The notes under the pieces are model-generated. The model ran no database searches. It was not told where the DNA came from and was given only the letters and a program-made list of their open reading frames with translations. The translations under genes were made by a program, and so were the position numbers. From the NCBI GenBank assembly GCA_951406725.2, contig OX597820.1, positions 27,652,001-27,716,000 on the forward strand: a DNA stretch of 64,000 nucleotides. Direction: 5' to 3'. Below are positions 1 to 12,700 of this stretch, one piece after another (position 1 is the stretch's first letter; every line of letters starts with the position of its first letter). The stretch is from Octopus vulgaris (lineage: Eukaryota).

Positions 1-214
1 TATAGAACTGATCGATGAGGGTAAAAATGGTGGGGCAATCTAAACAACAACGGTTTATAAGTGCTTACACACACACAAACACACACAGACGTGTGCGTAT
101 ATACAGGAGTAAGCACAGAAATGCAAAAGAAGTTGGAAAAAATAGTACTCCAATGCCGAAGGTAGGGTGGTGTTTTTTATTTTTGTTAAAGCGGCAAAAA
201 CATCACAAAAAAGA

Positions 215-320
215 TGCTACTCAGCGTTTCACGTTCCCGGAGGTCGGGCAGGTGTAATCAAGAATCTTGATCACGATCACATCTGCCTGACGTACGGGAA
301 CGTGAAGCTCCCGGTAGCAG
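215..320. ncRNA. Inverted pair of degenerate minimal hammerhead motifs (PLE pLTR-like hairpin)
   Basis: + strand 283-320 ctgc-CTGACGT-acg ggaa cgt-GAAGC-tcccg-GTA-gcag; - strand 215-250 tgc-CCGACCT-ccgggaacgt-GAAAC-gctga-GTA-gca; the two form an imperfect hairpin. Confidence 0.6.
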
Positions 321-479
321 TTTATGTGATATATATATATATATGCACTTCCTATGTACTTTGTAATTTTCCCTTCTTCCCAGTATTGTTTTCTGTTTTT
401 TATACGACCTCGTATACACCTTATCACCAATTTTTAAAAATTTGGGATTGTCTTCCCTGCTACTTTTTCTCTCCTCGCC

Positions 480-1520
480 AGGCAACAGTTTATCAAGTTC
501 AGGTGAGTTTCCTCGCTAGGTAACAGTTTCATTACCTCAGCTGTTGAGCTTCCTGCTGGTGCACTGGGGTTCGGTGTTACCCTGTACACCATTAGAAATT
601 GCTGCTGAGCAACTTCGTTTGTGGATTCCTTGTTTGCTTTTCTCAAAGCTCTTTTAAAAGTGTTCACAAAACACTCTGCCTGTCCATTTGATCTGGGATG
701 GTAAGACGCTATCGTTTTATGTTCTACCGTGAACATAAACCGGGAGTGGCTGTGTGGTAAGTAGCTTGTTTACCAACCACATGGTTCCGAGTTCAGTCCC
801 ACTGCGTGGCATCTTGGGCAAGTGTCTACTACTATAGCCTCGGGCCGACCAAACCCTTGTGAGTGGATTTGGTAGACGGAAACTGAAAGAAGCCTGTCGT
901 ATATATGTATGTGTATATATACATGTGTGTGTTTGTGTGTCTGTGTTTGCCCCCCTAGCATTGCTTGACAACCGATGCTGGTGTGTTATGTCACCGTTAC
1001 TTAGCGGTTCGGCAAAAGAGATCGATAGAATAAGTACTGGGCTTACAAAAGAATAAGTCCCGGGGTCGAGTTGCTCGATTAAAGGCGGTGCTCCAGCATG
1101 GCCGCAGTCAAATGACTGAAACAAGTAAAAGAGTAAAAAGAGAGATTTCGCAGTATTTTCTAAATTCACTGGACACAAATTGCATTCCATAGTCAGATAC
1201 AATCACGTCCGGGATTACAAATCTTGCAAGTAATTTGTACAAAAAAAATTATTACCGTTGCGTAGTCTTTTGCATTTAAAAATTTCAGGCCATTTCCTAA
1301 AACTCTCAACTACTACTAAGTAGTAATACCCATTTAACGGACCCGCAAAATCGATATGTAGTCTTGTCCATGGAATTTTTACTTCTGACCAAGGCTCCCA
1401 TTTTTGAATAGGCAATTTCGCTGCAGCCTTTTACTATGTTTTCGACTTCCTTGTCCATCTTCGGCCATTACGCATAACTGCACATAAGCGCTTTCATGCA
1501 TGTGATCTCCGTAAAATTTC
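480..1520 (-). mobile_element. Decayed Ty3/Gypsy (K02A2.6/Mag-like) integrase fragment, interrupted by a SINE at 741-1144
   Basis: Translations PWTRLHIDFAGPLNGYYYLVVVESFRKWPE (1215-1415) and YHPRSNGQAECFVNTFKRAL..FLMVYRVTPN (434-736) are rve-core motifs; ITRMKALM..WPKMDKEVE upstream. Confidence 0.9.
741..1144 (+). mobile_element. SINE family A (tRNA-like head, internal TA/TG tract, (GTAAAAGA)n tail)
   Basis: Near-identical to 21881-22305 and to 48770-49176 (- strand). Confidence 0.9.
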
Positions 1521-1689
1521 ACGATTCCTGGTCTAAAATTGTTTAGTGTGCGTGATTGTAGTGGGCTGATCAGGAGGGAGAGGAGATTGTTGTTGACATA
1601 GGCATGAGGTGGCCAGTGATATCGTTGAGTGCGATGTGTAGGGTTTCTTCTCGGTGTTATTTTAGTTTCAAGCTTAGTGTTGGGGATAA

Positions 1690-1948
1690 AATAGATTTTT
1701 TATTCGCGGAAGCCGCTTATTTGGAGGCCTGATAGGGGGTGTGAATGTTAATTTCTGCGTTAGCGGATAAGTTAGAGATTCCGATATATATGCCTGTGAC
1801 TACGCTATTAAGGGTAAGTTTAGGGTGATTAGAGAGGATATTTATGTATTGTAAAGATTAGTTGATTTTATGGAAAGGGCGATATAGATTACAGTTTAAG
1901 TCGAGAGTAACGTCTAAAATATTGACCACCTAAGTGTCAATTTCGAAT
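1690..1948 (-). mobile_element. Penelope-like element RT thumb fragment (pseudogenised)
   Basis: Manual translation VVNILDVTLDLNCNLYRPFHKIN*SLQYINILSNHPK..ISNLSAN matches PLE RT consensus VNFLDVTL..YRPYHKPN..YI..SNHP. Confidence 0.8.
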
Positions 1949-1953
1949 TAGGT

Positions 1954-1994
<41 letters not shown>

Positions 1995-2380
1995 ATATGC
2001 CTATGTAAGTGTGTGTATATTCCTTTACTACTGAGTCAGAGGATGATCGAACTTTCCTCCTGGGACGTCCGTGAATTTCAGGAAATGCTCGAGGGAGTAA
2101 CAACAATAGCTGCGTGCACATCTCGTTAGGGAACTTGACACATGTAAAGGGTGTTATAATGAAGGTTAACAGTACATTCGTTAATTAAGCAGAGGAATGT
2201 AGCATTCTATCAATAGAAAATACGCATCTGTGACACATCTTGTTATAGTCTGGTAATCTTATCGACAAGTGTATAATGTAGAATGGATGAGTGACGATGG
2301 AAAGCAGTATACCTTAACTTGTGAAATGGACATTTGACTGGTGTGTTTAAATTGAAAACCATTATTATTGTTTAATTTGA

Positions 2381-2385
2381 TCTCA

Positions 2386-2479
<94 letters not shown>

Positions 2480-2600
2480 TTATCTCTCTCTCTATCTATC
2501 TACCTATACATACATACATACATACATACATACATACATACATACATACACACACATACACACATACATACATACATGCATGCATACAGACATACATACG
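2381..2600. repeat. Compound (TC)n/(TATC)n/(CATA)n microsatellite
   Basis: Direct inspection; representative of dozens of similar tracts in the window. Confidence 0.95.
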
Positions 2601-2978
2601 TAGAAAACGTAACGCTTATTTCTGTACTGTGTCTACCGTATTCTGCTGTTATTTAAAGATTTTCTTCAAAACAATGTGAACGCTAATTCATCATACAGAC
2701 GAACACACGAAGACGCACACGTGTGTGTCTGTGTGATGAATGAAATTCGATATTATTTCATTGAACACACACAGACACACGCACGCACACTCATATGCAC
2801 ATGCGCACGCACACATACACGCCTACACATGCGCACACGCACACACACATTCACAAACATACAAATACTATTTCATATATGTATGTTTTATGTACAGGAG
2901 CACCCAAGCTCCACATACATAATTGCATGTATATATATATATATATATACACATATATATATACATATATATATACGT

Positions 2979-3014
<36 letters not shown>

Positions 3015-3055
3015 TCATTTATTTATATATATATAAATATATATATATATTCATA

Positions 3056-3105
<50 letters not shown>

Positions 3106-3889
3106 ATTCATATATATATTCATATATATTTACGCCTACATACATGTATGTATACACAAGAACAGATATATAAGTTTGTAGAAATTTTACATCTATATAC
3201 ATGTGTCTATAACAGTATGTATAGAGAGATATCGTCAAAGGAAAACAAAGTACTCCGTTACAAACAAAAAGCAAAAGATTATAAAAAAAATCACAAATAT
3301 AGACAAGCAATATATAGATTTATACAGATAGGCGGCGACAAACATTGACATACAGTAATGCATTCATAGTTCGATACAAAGAAACTGTAAGCAAAACAAA
3401 TTATATTCACAGAGTAATGATTAGTTACATCTAAGTATAGAGCAAGCTTAGAGGATGTTACACGAAATACTGTTGGGAGAATATTTGGCAAGTCATGAAT
3501 CAAAGTCTCTGTATTTAAATCATATCTCTTACATACACACACGACACTCCAAACGCTATACAATTATCCTCAGACAAGGAAACACCAGAAGTAAAACAAG
3601 TTCACAGACACACGCACACACTAATTTTAATTTTCATGTCTGATTGATACGATCACATGCACGTTGTCTCGTATCGGATATATCTGGCTTTATAACATCT
3701 CCATATAAATATCACACTAGTTCGGTCTGTGTGTGTGTTTTTCTTTTTATTTCGTCTTTCTGAATGCTATATTTATACGTTTGTAATAAATGAGATGGCT
3801 TTGAGAAAATTTTGCTGATATCAAGAAATACACGAGGCCTTGAGGACATATGTATGCATGTCTTATGTATAAAACAAAAATAAGTAAAC

Positions 3890-3943
<54 letters not shown>

Positions 3944-3977
3944 GTATGTATATATAGATACACTATACACGCACAAA

Positions 3978-4120
3978 TATGACGGGCTCCTTTCAGTTTT
4001 CGTCTACCAAATCGACTCACAATGCTTTGGTCGGTCCAAGGCTTGAGAAGAAGCCACCTACACAAGGTGCCACGCAACTATGTAATTGGTAAGCTTCTTA
4101 GCACCATACAACTACGCCTT
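3978..4120 (-). mobile_element. SINE family A head fragment
   Basis: acgggctcctttcagttttcgtctaccaaatc..caaggtgccacgca matches the family A head, reverse strand. Confidence 0.75.
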
Positions 4121-4123
4121 CTT

Positions 4124-4160
<37 letters not shown>

Positions 4161-4161
4161 A

Positions 4162-4194
<33 letters not shown>

Positions 4195-4202
4195 CACATT
4201 CA

Positions 4203-4432
4203 AGCGGCGAGCTGGCAGAAACGTTAGCACGCCGGGCGAAATGCGTAGCCGTATTTCGTCTGCCGTTACGTTCTGAGTTCAAATTCCGCCGAGGTCGACT
4301 TTGCCTTTCATCCTTTCGGGGTCGATAAATTAAGTACCAGTTACGCACTGGAGTCGATATAATCGACTTAATCCTTTTGTCTGTCCTTGTTTATCCCCTC
4401 TGTGTTTAGCCCCTTGTGGGTAGTAAAGAAAT
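4203..4432 (+). mobile_element. SINE family B monomer
   Basis: gcggcgagctggcagaaacgttagc..gagttcaaattcc (B-box-like)..cccttgtgggtagtaaagaaat; same family as the 61106-62374 array. Confidence 0.9.
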
Positions 4433-5039
4433 CTATATATATATACACACATATATATGTATGAATGTGTATATGTGTGTGCATGTGTGCGTGCACGTGT
4501 GTTCTTGTGTGTGTATGATTGTGCATGATGTATGCGTGTGTGTGTGTGTGTGTCTGTATGATTTCAGGATCTTGATGCATAGATAATAAATGCTCACAGA
4601 TAGGAACTCGAAAATATCTCTAAGTTGCATGTTATGCCTACGGGTGCGTAATTTCGCAAGCATATATATCCGTACTTGAAAAAGTGCATGGATCTTTGCA
4701 TGCATTATCAAATATATATATATATATATATATATACGAGCAAAATGGGGGTGGGTGGGGGGGGCTGAATCATATCTGCTGAATAAAAAGCAGTCAGTGT
4801 TTACTTTTCTTTTCATTAAAGAATAATTAAGCATGTCTTTATTTCAATAAAATATTTGGTTTTGTTAAACGAATTTAAGGCAAAAAAGAAAAAAACTTCT
4901 TGAGAAACCAAATAGTCTTTCTTTCCTTCTTGCCTAGTTTGAAGAAAATATCACTTTTGCAACTAACTATTTTGGTCTCTTAAAAATACTGCATTTTGTG
5001 ACATTATTTCAAGCAAGCAGGCTTTTTTGCGCAAACTGC

Positions 5040-5288
5040 ACCTGCATTTTTCTCGCGTACGCGTAGTATTGATCGCAAAAACTGATGTACTTGTGCGTAC
5101 AAATGCACGTTCCCACGTCTTTATCGATCGCATTATCACCTGGAATCGATTTTCGTAATTTTTTTTTCAAGACTTATACACGCCATGTTACCGTCGGTAT
5201 CTACACATCAAATTTGAGCGCAATCGGATGGAGGATGTCCGAGATCCTAGAAGACACACACACAGACAGACAGAACGGATTTTATGTA

Positions 5289-5295
<7 letters not shown>
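5040..5295. mobile_element. Possible non-autonomous Helitron/DINE-like repeat end
   Basis: caaatttgagcgcaatcggatg..acagacagacag..ttttatgtaata resembles the GACA-microsatellite ends of Helitron-derived repeats; recall only. Confidence 0.3.
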
Positions 5296-5337
<42 letters not shown>

Positions 5338-5676
5338 AGAAGAAACAGTAAAAAGTTGTCATAATAGTACTCGCAATTTCGAATGTCGGAGCGAAGAGCT
5401 ACGACAAGCACGCACAATTCTCTGGCCATTAGACAGACACATCTATATGTGCATAGACGAAGTATGATGGTATAACATGTTCTTACCGCTAAATGTTAAT
5501 AACGATTCGGCTGACTGATAAATACATTCGAACCATCAAAAATATTAGCACACCTTGTAGTTGAACATGTAGTCATATATTACCACATACGATACACACG
5601 TCTATACGTATACGCATACACCAACGTGCTTACTATCCGACAGACTTTAACACAACAAACTCTACGCTTTCGTATT

Positions 5677-5890
5677 CGAGAGGATACGGAAAAGTTCCTG
5701 GCTTTAAGGGTAACGTGGAAGACCTGGTTGACGGCAAAACATTTCGAGTTCTTTAAAGGGCTTAGAAAGACTGAATGACCGCTGCTATAAGTTTGTGAAT
5801 CTGAGAGGGGAATAGGATGAATAAAATAATAAACAGATCCTCCTGTATTTTCTTTTATCCAAAGCCTGGGACTTTTCTCAACCTCCTCGA
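5677..5890 (+). mobile_element. Mariner-derived MITE
   Basis: Imperfect TIRs cgagaggatacggaaaagttcctggcttt / aaagcctgggacttttctcaacctcctcg; interior resembles a decayed mariner C-terminus. Confidence 0.65.
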
Positions 5891-5898
5891 ACAATGTA

Positions 5899-6458
5899 TT
5901 GGGTTGTCCGGAAAGTTGGTGCTGATTTTTAAAGGAAAGGTAAAGGTCAATAAAAACTTGCCATTGCATTTTTAATCAACCAAATATGAACCATTTTGTT
6001 GCACAAATTGTCTCCCTCTTTCCTTTAACTTGAAAATACCCTCTTCCTAGAATTGAGGTGTTTTCATGGCAAAGAATTCCTCAAGGTATCTTTTTACTTC
6101 ATCCAAGGAATTGAAATTTTTACCATTAAGACTATTCTGCAGAGACCTGAATAAGTGGAAATCCGAAGGAGCAATATCTGGTGAATATGGAGGGTGGGGT
6201 AAAACATCCCAGCCGAGCTGCAGCAATTTTTGTCTAGTTCCAAAAGCATCAAGTGCCGAAAATGAACTTTCTTATCTTCCATTTTAAAGGGTTACAGAAT
6301 TAACACAGGTTATAGGAACATAAATCTTCTTTCTCGAAAAGTTAGCTTAAACTGTGCTCTAAATGGAGGTGCAGTTAAATCCTATTTTATGGACTCAACC
6401 ATGTTCTAAAATAAGTCGAAGCTACTACAAATCGGCACGAACTTTCCGGACAACCCAA
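5899..6458 (-). mobile_element. Internally deleted mariner element
   Basis: TIRs ttgggttgtccggaaagttggtgctgattt / aaatcggcacgaactttccggacaacccaa with TA on both sides; - strand WDVLPHPPYSPDIAPSDFHLFRSLQNSLNGK. Confidence 0.9.
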
Positions 6459-7349
6459 TAAATATACAAATACATTTGTACTCTCACTAACCGTTTCCTC
6501 AAACTCACACGCATGTGCACATGCCTAAGTCTATAAGAGACTAACATACATACACGCAAACTTATAAAAATATTCACAAATATATTATATTTTTCATTGT
6601 AATTTCAGGTGACGGAGGTCAGTAGCTTTGGACTTGCTACTTCATTGTTCATCGCATAAACCATTAGAAGCATTAAAAAAAAAATTAATCACATCCTTGC
6701 ATATACACACGTGCTAATCAGCGCAAAATTTTTCTACCTTCTATAGAATATACGATCACTTGTATAAATATGTAGAGAACGATTACAACTGTGCATAATC
6801 CCCAGTGGCATGTGTATGTACAATCTCACTTCGCCCACCTCATTCCACAGCACGCAGCATTATTTACTTGCACACGTGAACACTACATCATTTCTAAGAA
6901 TTCAATCTGTCACGAACAGCCAAATGCAAATATGTCCTTCATGATTTCTAATATTCATGAAATTCCTATGTGACTGACATGAAGAGCGCGTGATTATCTA
7001 GTGTTAACTAAAGAGGGATTCTCGCGAACTCCATATGCCTCTGACTTACGCTCCCTGATGAAATAGGTTATAGGGTGATGCCATCTTAACATACCGAAAT
7101 GGGTTACACTTGGCAGGAGGAATAATTTCTAAAAAATATATTTACACGGTTACTCGACTCGCCATTGCTCACTCATTTCAACACTGTTCTTTCCGATCCT
7201 ATAGCATGCAATACGATACACATATACATACATATACACATATATGTTTATATACACATGCACATACAAAAACACAAACACACACACTCATGCACGCACA
7301 CAAACACAAACACACACACATATCTACAATTACTCAGATGTGACTTTGA

Positions 7350-8110
7350 AGTTTAGAAATTCATCTGAGCCTGAAAATGTGTTTTGGTTTATAAGTACCG
7401 AACCGGTTTCCACAATTTTTGTTTTGTATTCGAATGGTAAATATAAAAAAAAATTAGGTAGGAATGAGGCTAGAAGGGAATTTTCGGAAAAACATGCTTA
7501 AAAATCAAACGTCCGTACAAGTTCTAACTGTCCGATAAGTTTCACAAGCCGTTACTTCAACTTTTGATTTTTATCTGTTGTTTCTCGTCGATTTTCGTGA
7601 ATAGATGACTCTCATTCTGTTTTGTTGTTATAAGCTATTTAGTTGTGGTTTATATTTCGTAATAAACTCATCTTTCTTATACGCGTGGAATTAGGCAGAA
7701 GTGATTCCGGTACTTTGACCAGAGGGAAAAATTGGTATTTTCATTTGCTCGTGAAGCACAGATCTACTTATTTGCTTACGGGAATCTCCCTAGTTGTAGG
7801 ATCCTGAATTTGTTGCCAGTGTACCGTCATTCTGTCTCTCAAAGCAATCTCATTTGACCTATATAATCCTCACTGCACTTGAGAAAATATATTCAGTTCT
7901 TCAAATGATGTTTTATGGTGAATATTTGCCCTCAATTGAAATCATTTCTTGAGACTCCCTCTCATAAAGTTTGTGTAGATTTCGAAATTAGGGCGGTTAC
8001 AGTTCTTGAGTATTGGGGTTGTATTTTCAATGAGTAATTTGGCGCTAATATATAGCCATTTTCGTGGTTGTCTTTTACTTTTCATAATGCTATGTTTCCA
8101 GCCCCTTTTT
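7350..8110 (-). mobile_element. Penelope-like element 3' end: decayed GIY-YIG endonuclease plus pLTR-like tail
   Basis: Manual translation KNCNRPN..CSEDYIGQ..LRDRMTVHWQQIQDPTTREIPVS..DEFITKYKPQLN*; degenerate HHR half GAAACCGGTTC-ggt at 7397-7438 downstream. Confidence 0.8.
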
Positions 8111-8207
8111 TCACAGGTCAATCATCAAAATAGGTATATTCTGCGTCTGTATGTCGGTCAGTCTGTCTGTCTGTCTGTTTATCTATCTATCTATCTATCA
8201 ATACTCG

Positions 8208-8239
<32 letters not shown>

Positions 8240-8283
8240 TGTGTGTGTCTGGTTGGGCGTCTATCTGTCTATCTATGTATCTT

Positions 8284-8408
<125 letters not shown>

Positions 8409-8453
8409 TGTGTGTGGGTGTGCATATATATATATATATATATATAGTGTGTG

Positions 8454-8668
8454 TAAACAGAAGACACGCATTCTTATCTTCTATTTGTTTGAAATCTTCT
8501 TCACGATATTATGGACGTATCAATATAAGTGTACATAACTTCACGTGAATTTTGAGATATCATAGAATGAATAAGATTTAGAACCGAAAAAAAAGGAAGA
8601 AAAAATAAAAGTAAGAATTGTGGTACATAATTGAAAGATTCCGGTAAAGTCCCGTTTCATACTACTAG
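8454..8668 (+). repeat. Copy 1 of a ~215-bp local direct duplication (copy 2 at 10060-10278)
   Basis: taaacagaagacacgcattc..cccgtttcatactactag present twice with few differences. Confidence 0.95.
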
Positions 8669-8691
8669 CGTGTATATATATATATATTACA

Positions 8692-8740
<49 letters not shown>

Positions 8741-8970
8741 CTATATATACACACAAACATATACACATACCTATATACATACCTATATACATACCTATAT
8801 GGTGTTTTGGCACATAAACACATGCACACACAGATACAGACACACAGAGACACAGACACAAACACAGGTGCGTGCGCATAGATAAATGTATACCTACCTA
8901 CATTTATATCAATATGAATGTATGCATATATTTGTCTATAGATATATATACTTTTAACTTTCTAGTCTAT

Positions 8971-9335
8971 TATTTGTCTCAGTCGTTTGGCAGCGTTTAC
9001 TCGAAGAGATCAACCCCAGGACTTACTTTTTGTAAGCCTGGTACTCATTCTGCTGGTAACTTTCGTCGAACCGCTAGGTTACGGAGACGTAAATACATCA
9101 ATATCGGTTGTCAAGCGATGGTGGTGAGGGGCAAACACAGATACACAGACAACCACATATATATATATGTAAGTATGTATACGACGGGCTTCTTTCAGTT
9201 TTCGTCTACCAAATCCACTCACAAGACTGGTCGGACGGAGATTTAGTAGAAGACACTTGCCCTAGGCGCTACGCAGTGAGAATGAACCAGGAACTATGTG
9301 GTTGGGCAGTAAGCTTCTTACCACACAGTCACGCT
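8971..9335 (-). mobile_element. SINE family A, diverged
   Basis: Tail and head both alignable to family A by eye. Confidence 0.8.
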
Positions 9336-9661
9336 TATACATACATACATACATACATACATACATACATACATACATACATACATACATACATGCATAC
9401 ATACATATATACATACATACATATATACATACATACATACATACATACACACATACACACATACACACATATATATATGTACATATATACATATAAGTAC
9501 ACACTGAGAGGCACACAAGTACACATGAGTTCAACAAAGAGGGAGGACGTCAGATACATAGACATGAATATGTCGAAATGATAATCTATAAGTGAATGTT
9601 ATATACAAAACGTAAATATTTAAATGTCCTCCATACAGACATTTATATGTACTCACACACT

Positions 9662-9715
<54 letters not shown>

Positions 9716-10059
9716 AAGAAAAGTATATATACTCTCACTCAGACGTGCGCCAGCGTACACATACGCACACACACATATATGTATATCATAAACACGTAAA
9801 TAGTCTACATATAGCTACAGACTCAAACGTATTCTTTAATATGAAAAGGAAAAAAAAACTGCCTCACAGCAGCATGAATTCAATGTTCAACTAGTCTTTG
9901 AAACTTAAGTAAAACCTGTGCTGTATATAATGAAAAACTTGCGTATAAGCATTGCACGATTTGTCATGAAAAGAAGTGATTCCCCCCAAAAACAAGATCA
10001 CTATTTCTATTATTTTTTCGCAAATCTTTTTCAAAAATCCTATAAGCTTAAAAAATATC

Positions 10060-10278
10060 TAAACAGAAGACACGCATTCTCATCTTCTATTTGTTTGAAA
10101 TCTTCTTCACAATATTATGGACGTATCAATGTAAGTGTACATAACTTCACGTGAATTTTGAGATATCATAGAATGAATACGATTTAGAGCCAAAAAAAAG
10201 GAAGAAAAAATAAAAGTAAGAATTGCATTGTGGTACATGATTGAAAGATTCCGGTAAAGTCCCGTTTCATACTACTAG
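10060..10278 (+). repeat. Copy 2 of the local direct duplication
   Basis: See 8454-8668; this copy has an extra gcatt insertion. Confidence 0.95.
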
Positions 10279-11038
10279 TATTAAATGTATAAGATTACTT
10301 GTATGGAAATACTGATAATATAATACCTTCCACAGCAAATTCAGTACTTTCAGTTCTTTTTTGCTACCTACTGATTATACAATAAGTTTTATGGAAATGA
10401 AATTTGAAAAAAATATATCAGTCTACGAAGGAAGTAAAAGAATAAAGGAATTTCCTAGTAAGAATAAACGAATTTACTATCTTGGAGCCAATGTGAATTC
10501 TTTGTTCAACACAATTATGCGAATTGTGTTAAAAATTTTAATGCACTTAAAAAGGATATAAAAATCATGCTTTAATTTGATATCATTTTTTTTTTTGAAA
10601 TCATATAAAGATATATTATTGCCATTCGTCAAAAAATTATTGCCTCTCGCAGGAATGATCGGTGTAAATATAAAGTGATCATATAACAAAAACAAAATAG
10701 TACCTCAATTTACACAAACGCACACATGAGAAGCACATATGCACACATAAGCAACACACACGCTCACAGATGCTCATATGTTTTAATTTTCAAAGGAGAA
10801 ATGCACAGTACTCATTCGATGAAATACAAGTCTCAGCTTCGAATAAATACATGCACATATAAAAATACAAATTATATACTTACATAAAGATATACATGCA
10901 TGCATACATGCACACATGCACTTACGCACACTGGGACACACATAAAACACTGCACGCATAAACATAAATAGGTATCATACACTGCGATCGTATGTAGACT
11001 CAAAAGTCTTTGAGCCTACATAGGATCCCAAAAGTAAA

Positions 11039-11118
<80 letters not shown>

Positions 11119-11289
11119 TATTAGAGAATATGATTCTAAAGTTACAGGGAAAAATTCAATTTAGTACTATAGTATTAAAATTACTTGTACTTTGAATTGC
11201 TTCATGGTGGTTCTTCTCTAATTAATATGCATATATACATACATACATACATACATACATACATACATACATACATACATACACACACA

Positions 11290-11331
<42 letters not shown>

Positions 11332-11528
11332 AAAATGGGACTAGGACGCAAAACATCCAGACATAAAACATGAAACATAAAAAGGAAAACAATATATCCA
11401 GACAGACGATAAAAGGAAAACGAGGACAGATCATTCGCTGTTTTCTATCCTCAGATGAATTCCAGATTACCTTTTGCAATTTCGGCTGGTTATACTCGAT
11501 ATTTATATATATATATATATACTCGATA

Positions 11529-11602
<74 letters not shown>

Positions 11603-11948
11603 CAGGGTGATTCAAAAGTCTCCATACATTGGAAATTATTTTTTATATAAGAAACTGTTTATAAGATCCACTAGATCTCTTGATCTGATTCCTCTTGATT
11701 TCTATCTTTGGGGGCATTTGAAAGACATGGTGTATCGCGGAAAGATAAAAGACATAAATCATTCGAAGGAACGCATCACCAACTCATTTGCGCAGGTATC
11801 ACCAGATGTGCTATTATGAGTTCACAATGAGTGGGGTTAAGGTATTGCAATGTGTATTCAAAACAATAGAGGGCCTGTTAAATAAAAAAAACTGTTTCTT
11901 ATAAAAACATAAATTGTTCATATGTATGGCGACTTTTGAATCACCCTG
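11603..11948 (+). mobile_element. Non-autonomous Tc1/mariner (DD41D-like) MITE
   Basis: TIRs cagggtgattcaaaagtctccataca / tgtatggcgacttttgaatcaccctg, TA flanks; interior RSLDLIPLDFYLWGHLKDMVY is a DD41D-type C-terminus. Confidence 0.85.
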
Positions 11949-11975
11949 TATATATATATATATATATATATATAC

Positions 11976-12460
11976 AAACATTTAATAAATAAAACATATG
12001 CATACATACATATATATATGTACATACCTACATCTATATGTATATATACATGCATATATAAGTATAGGACACCACAAATAAACGTAGAACACAACGAGAA
12101 ACGAAAATATAAAAACAAAACAAGGAAACGGACTTTTTTTAACAACGAAAAAACAGAGTACAAGACATACAACAGAGGGAGCATTCCCCTTCTTCTGCTG
12201 CCCCTGTTTCGACTCGTTGCGTGTTTCGAAGTGTCGAAACAGGGGCAGCTGAAGAAGGGGAATGTTTCCTCTGTTGTTTGTTTTGTACTTTGTTTTTCGT
12301 TGTTAAAAAAGTCCGTTTCACTGTTTTATTTTCATGTTTTCGTTCCTCGTTGTGTTCTGCGTTTATTTGTGGTGTCGTGTATTCATATATGCATGTATAT
12401 ATACATATAGGTGTAGGTATGTACATATATGTATGTATGCATATGTTTTATTTATTAAAT
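11976..12460. repeat. Long imperfect palindrome (~235-bp arms, ~19-nt loop) between TA tracts
   Basis: Left arm ends gtttcgac at 12213, right arm starts gtcgaaac at 12233; arms reverse-complementary out to the flanking microsatellite-like sequence. Confidence 0.9.
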
Positions 12461-12522
12461 TGTTATTATATGATCGAACGCACGAGTCGTTGTCTTCTTC
12501 TTCCAAGTAAGTTTTATATATT

Positions 12523-12657
<135 letters not shown>

Positions 12658-12700
12658 CACACATATATACATACACACACACACATATATATATATATAT

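Noticed and set aside
2055-2100. Hammerhead-like ttcctc-ctgggac..gaaatgctc-gaggga
   Set aside because: Core too degenerate and stem II not evident.
6590-6680. Splice acceptor tttcag|gtgacgg as a terminal exon
   Set aside because: Isolated motif expected by chance; no supporting ORF or partner exon.
8454-10278. LTR pair of a retrotransposon
   Set aside because: No TG..CA termini, PBS, PPT or coding interior.
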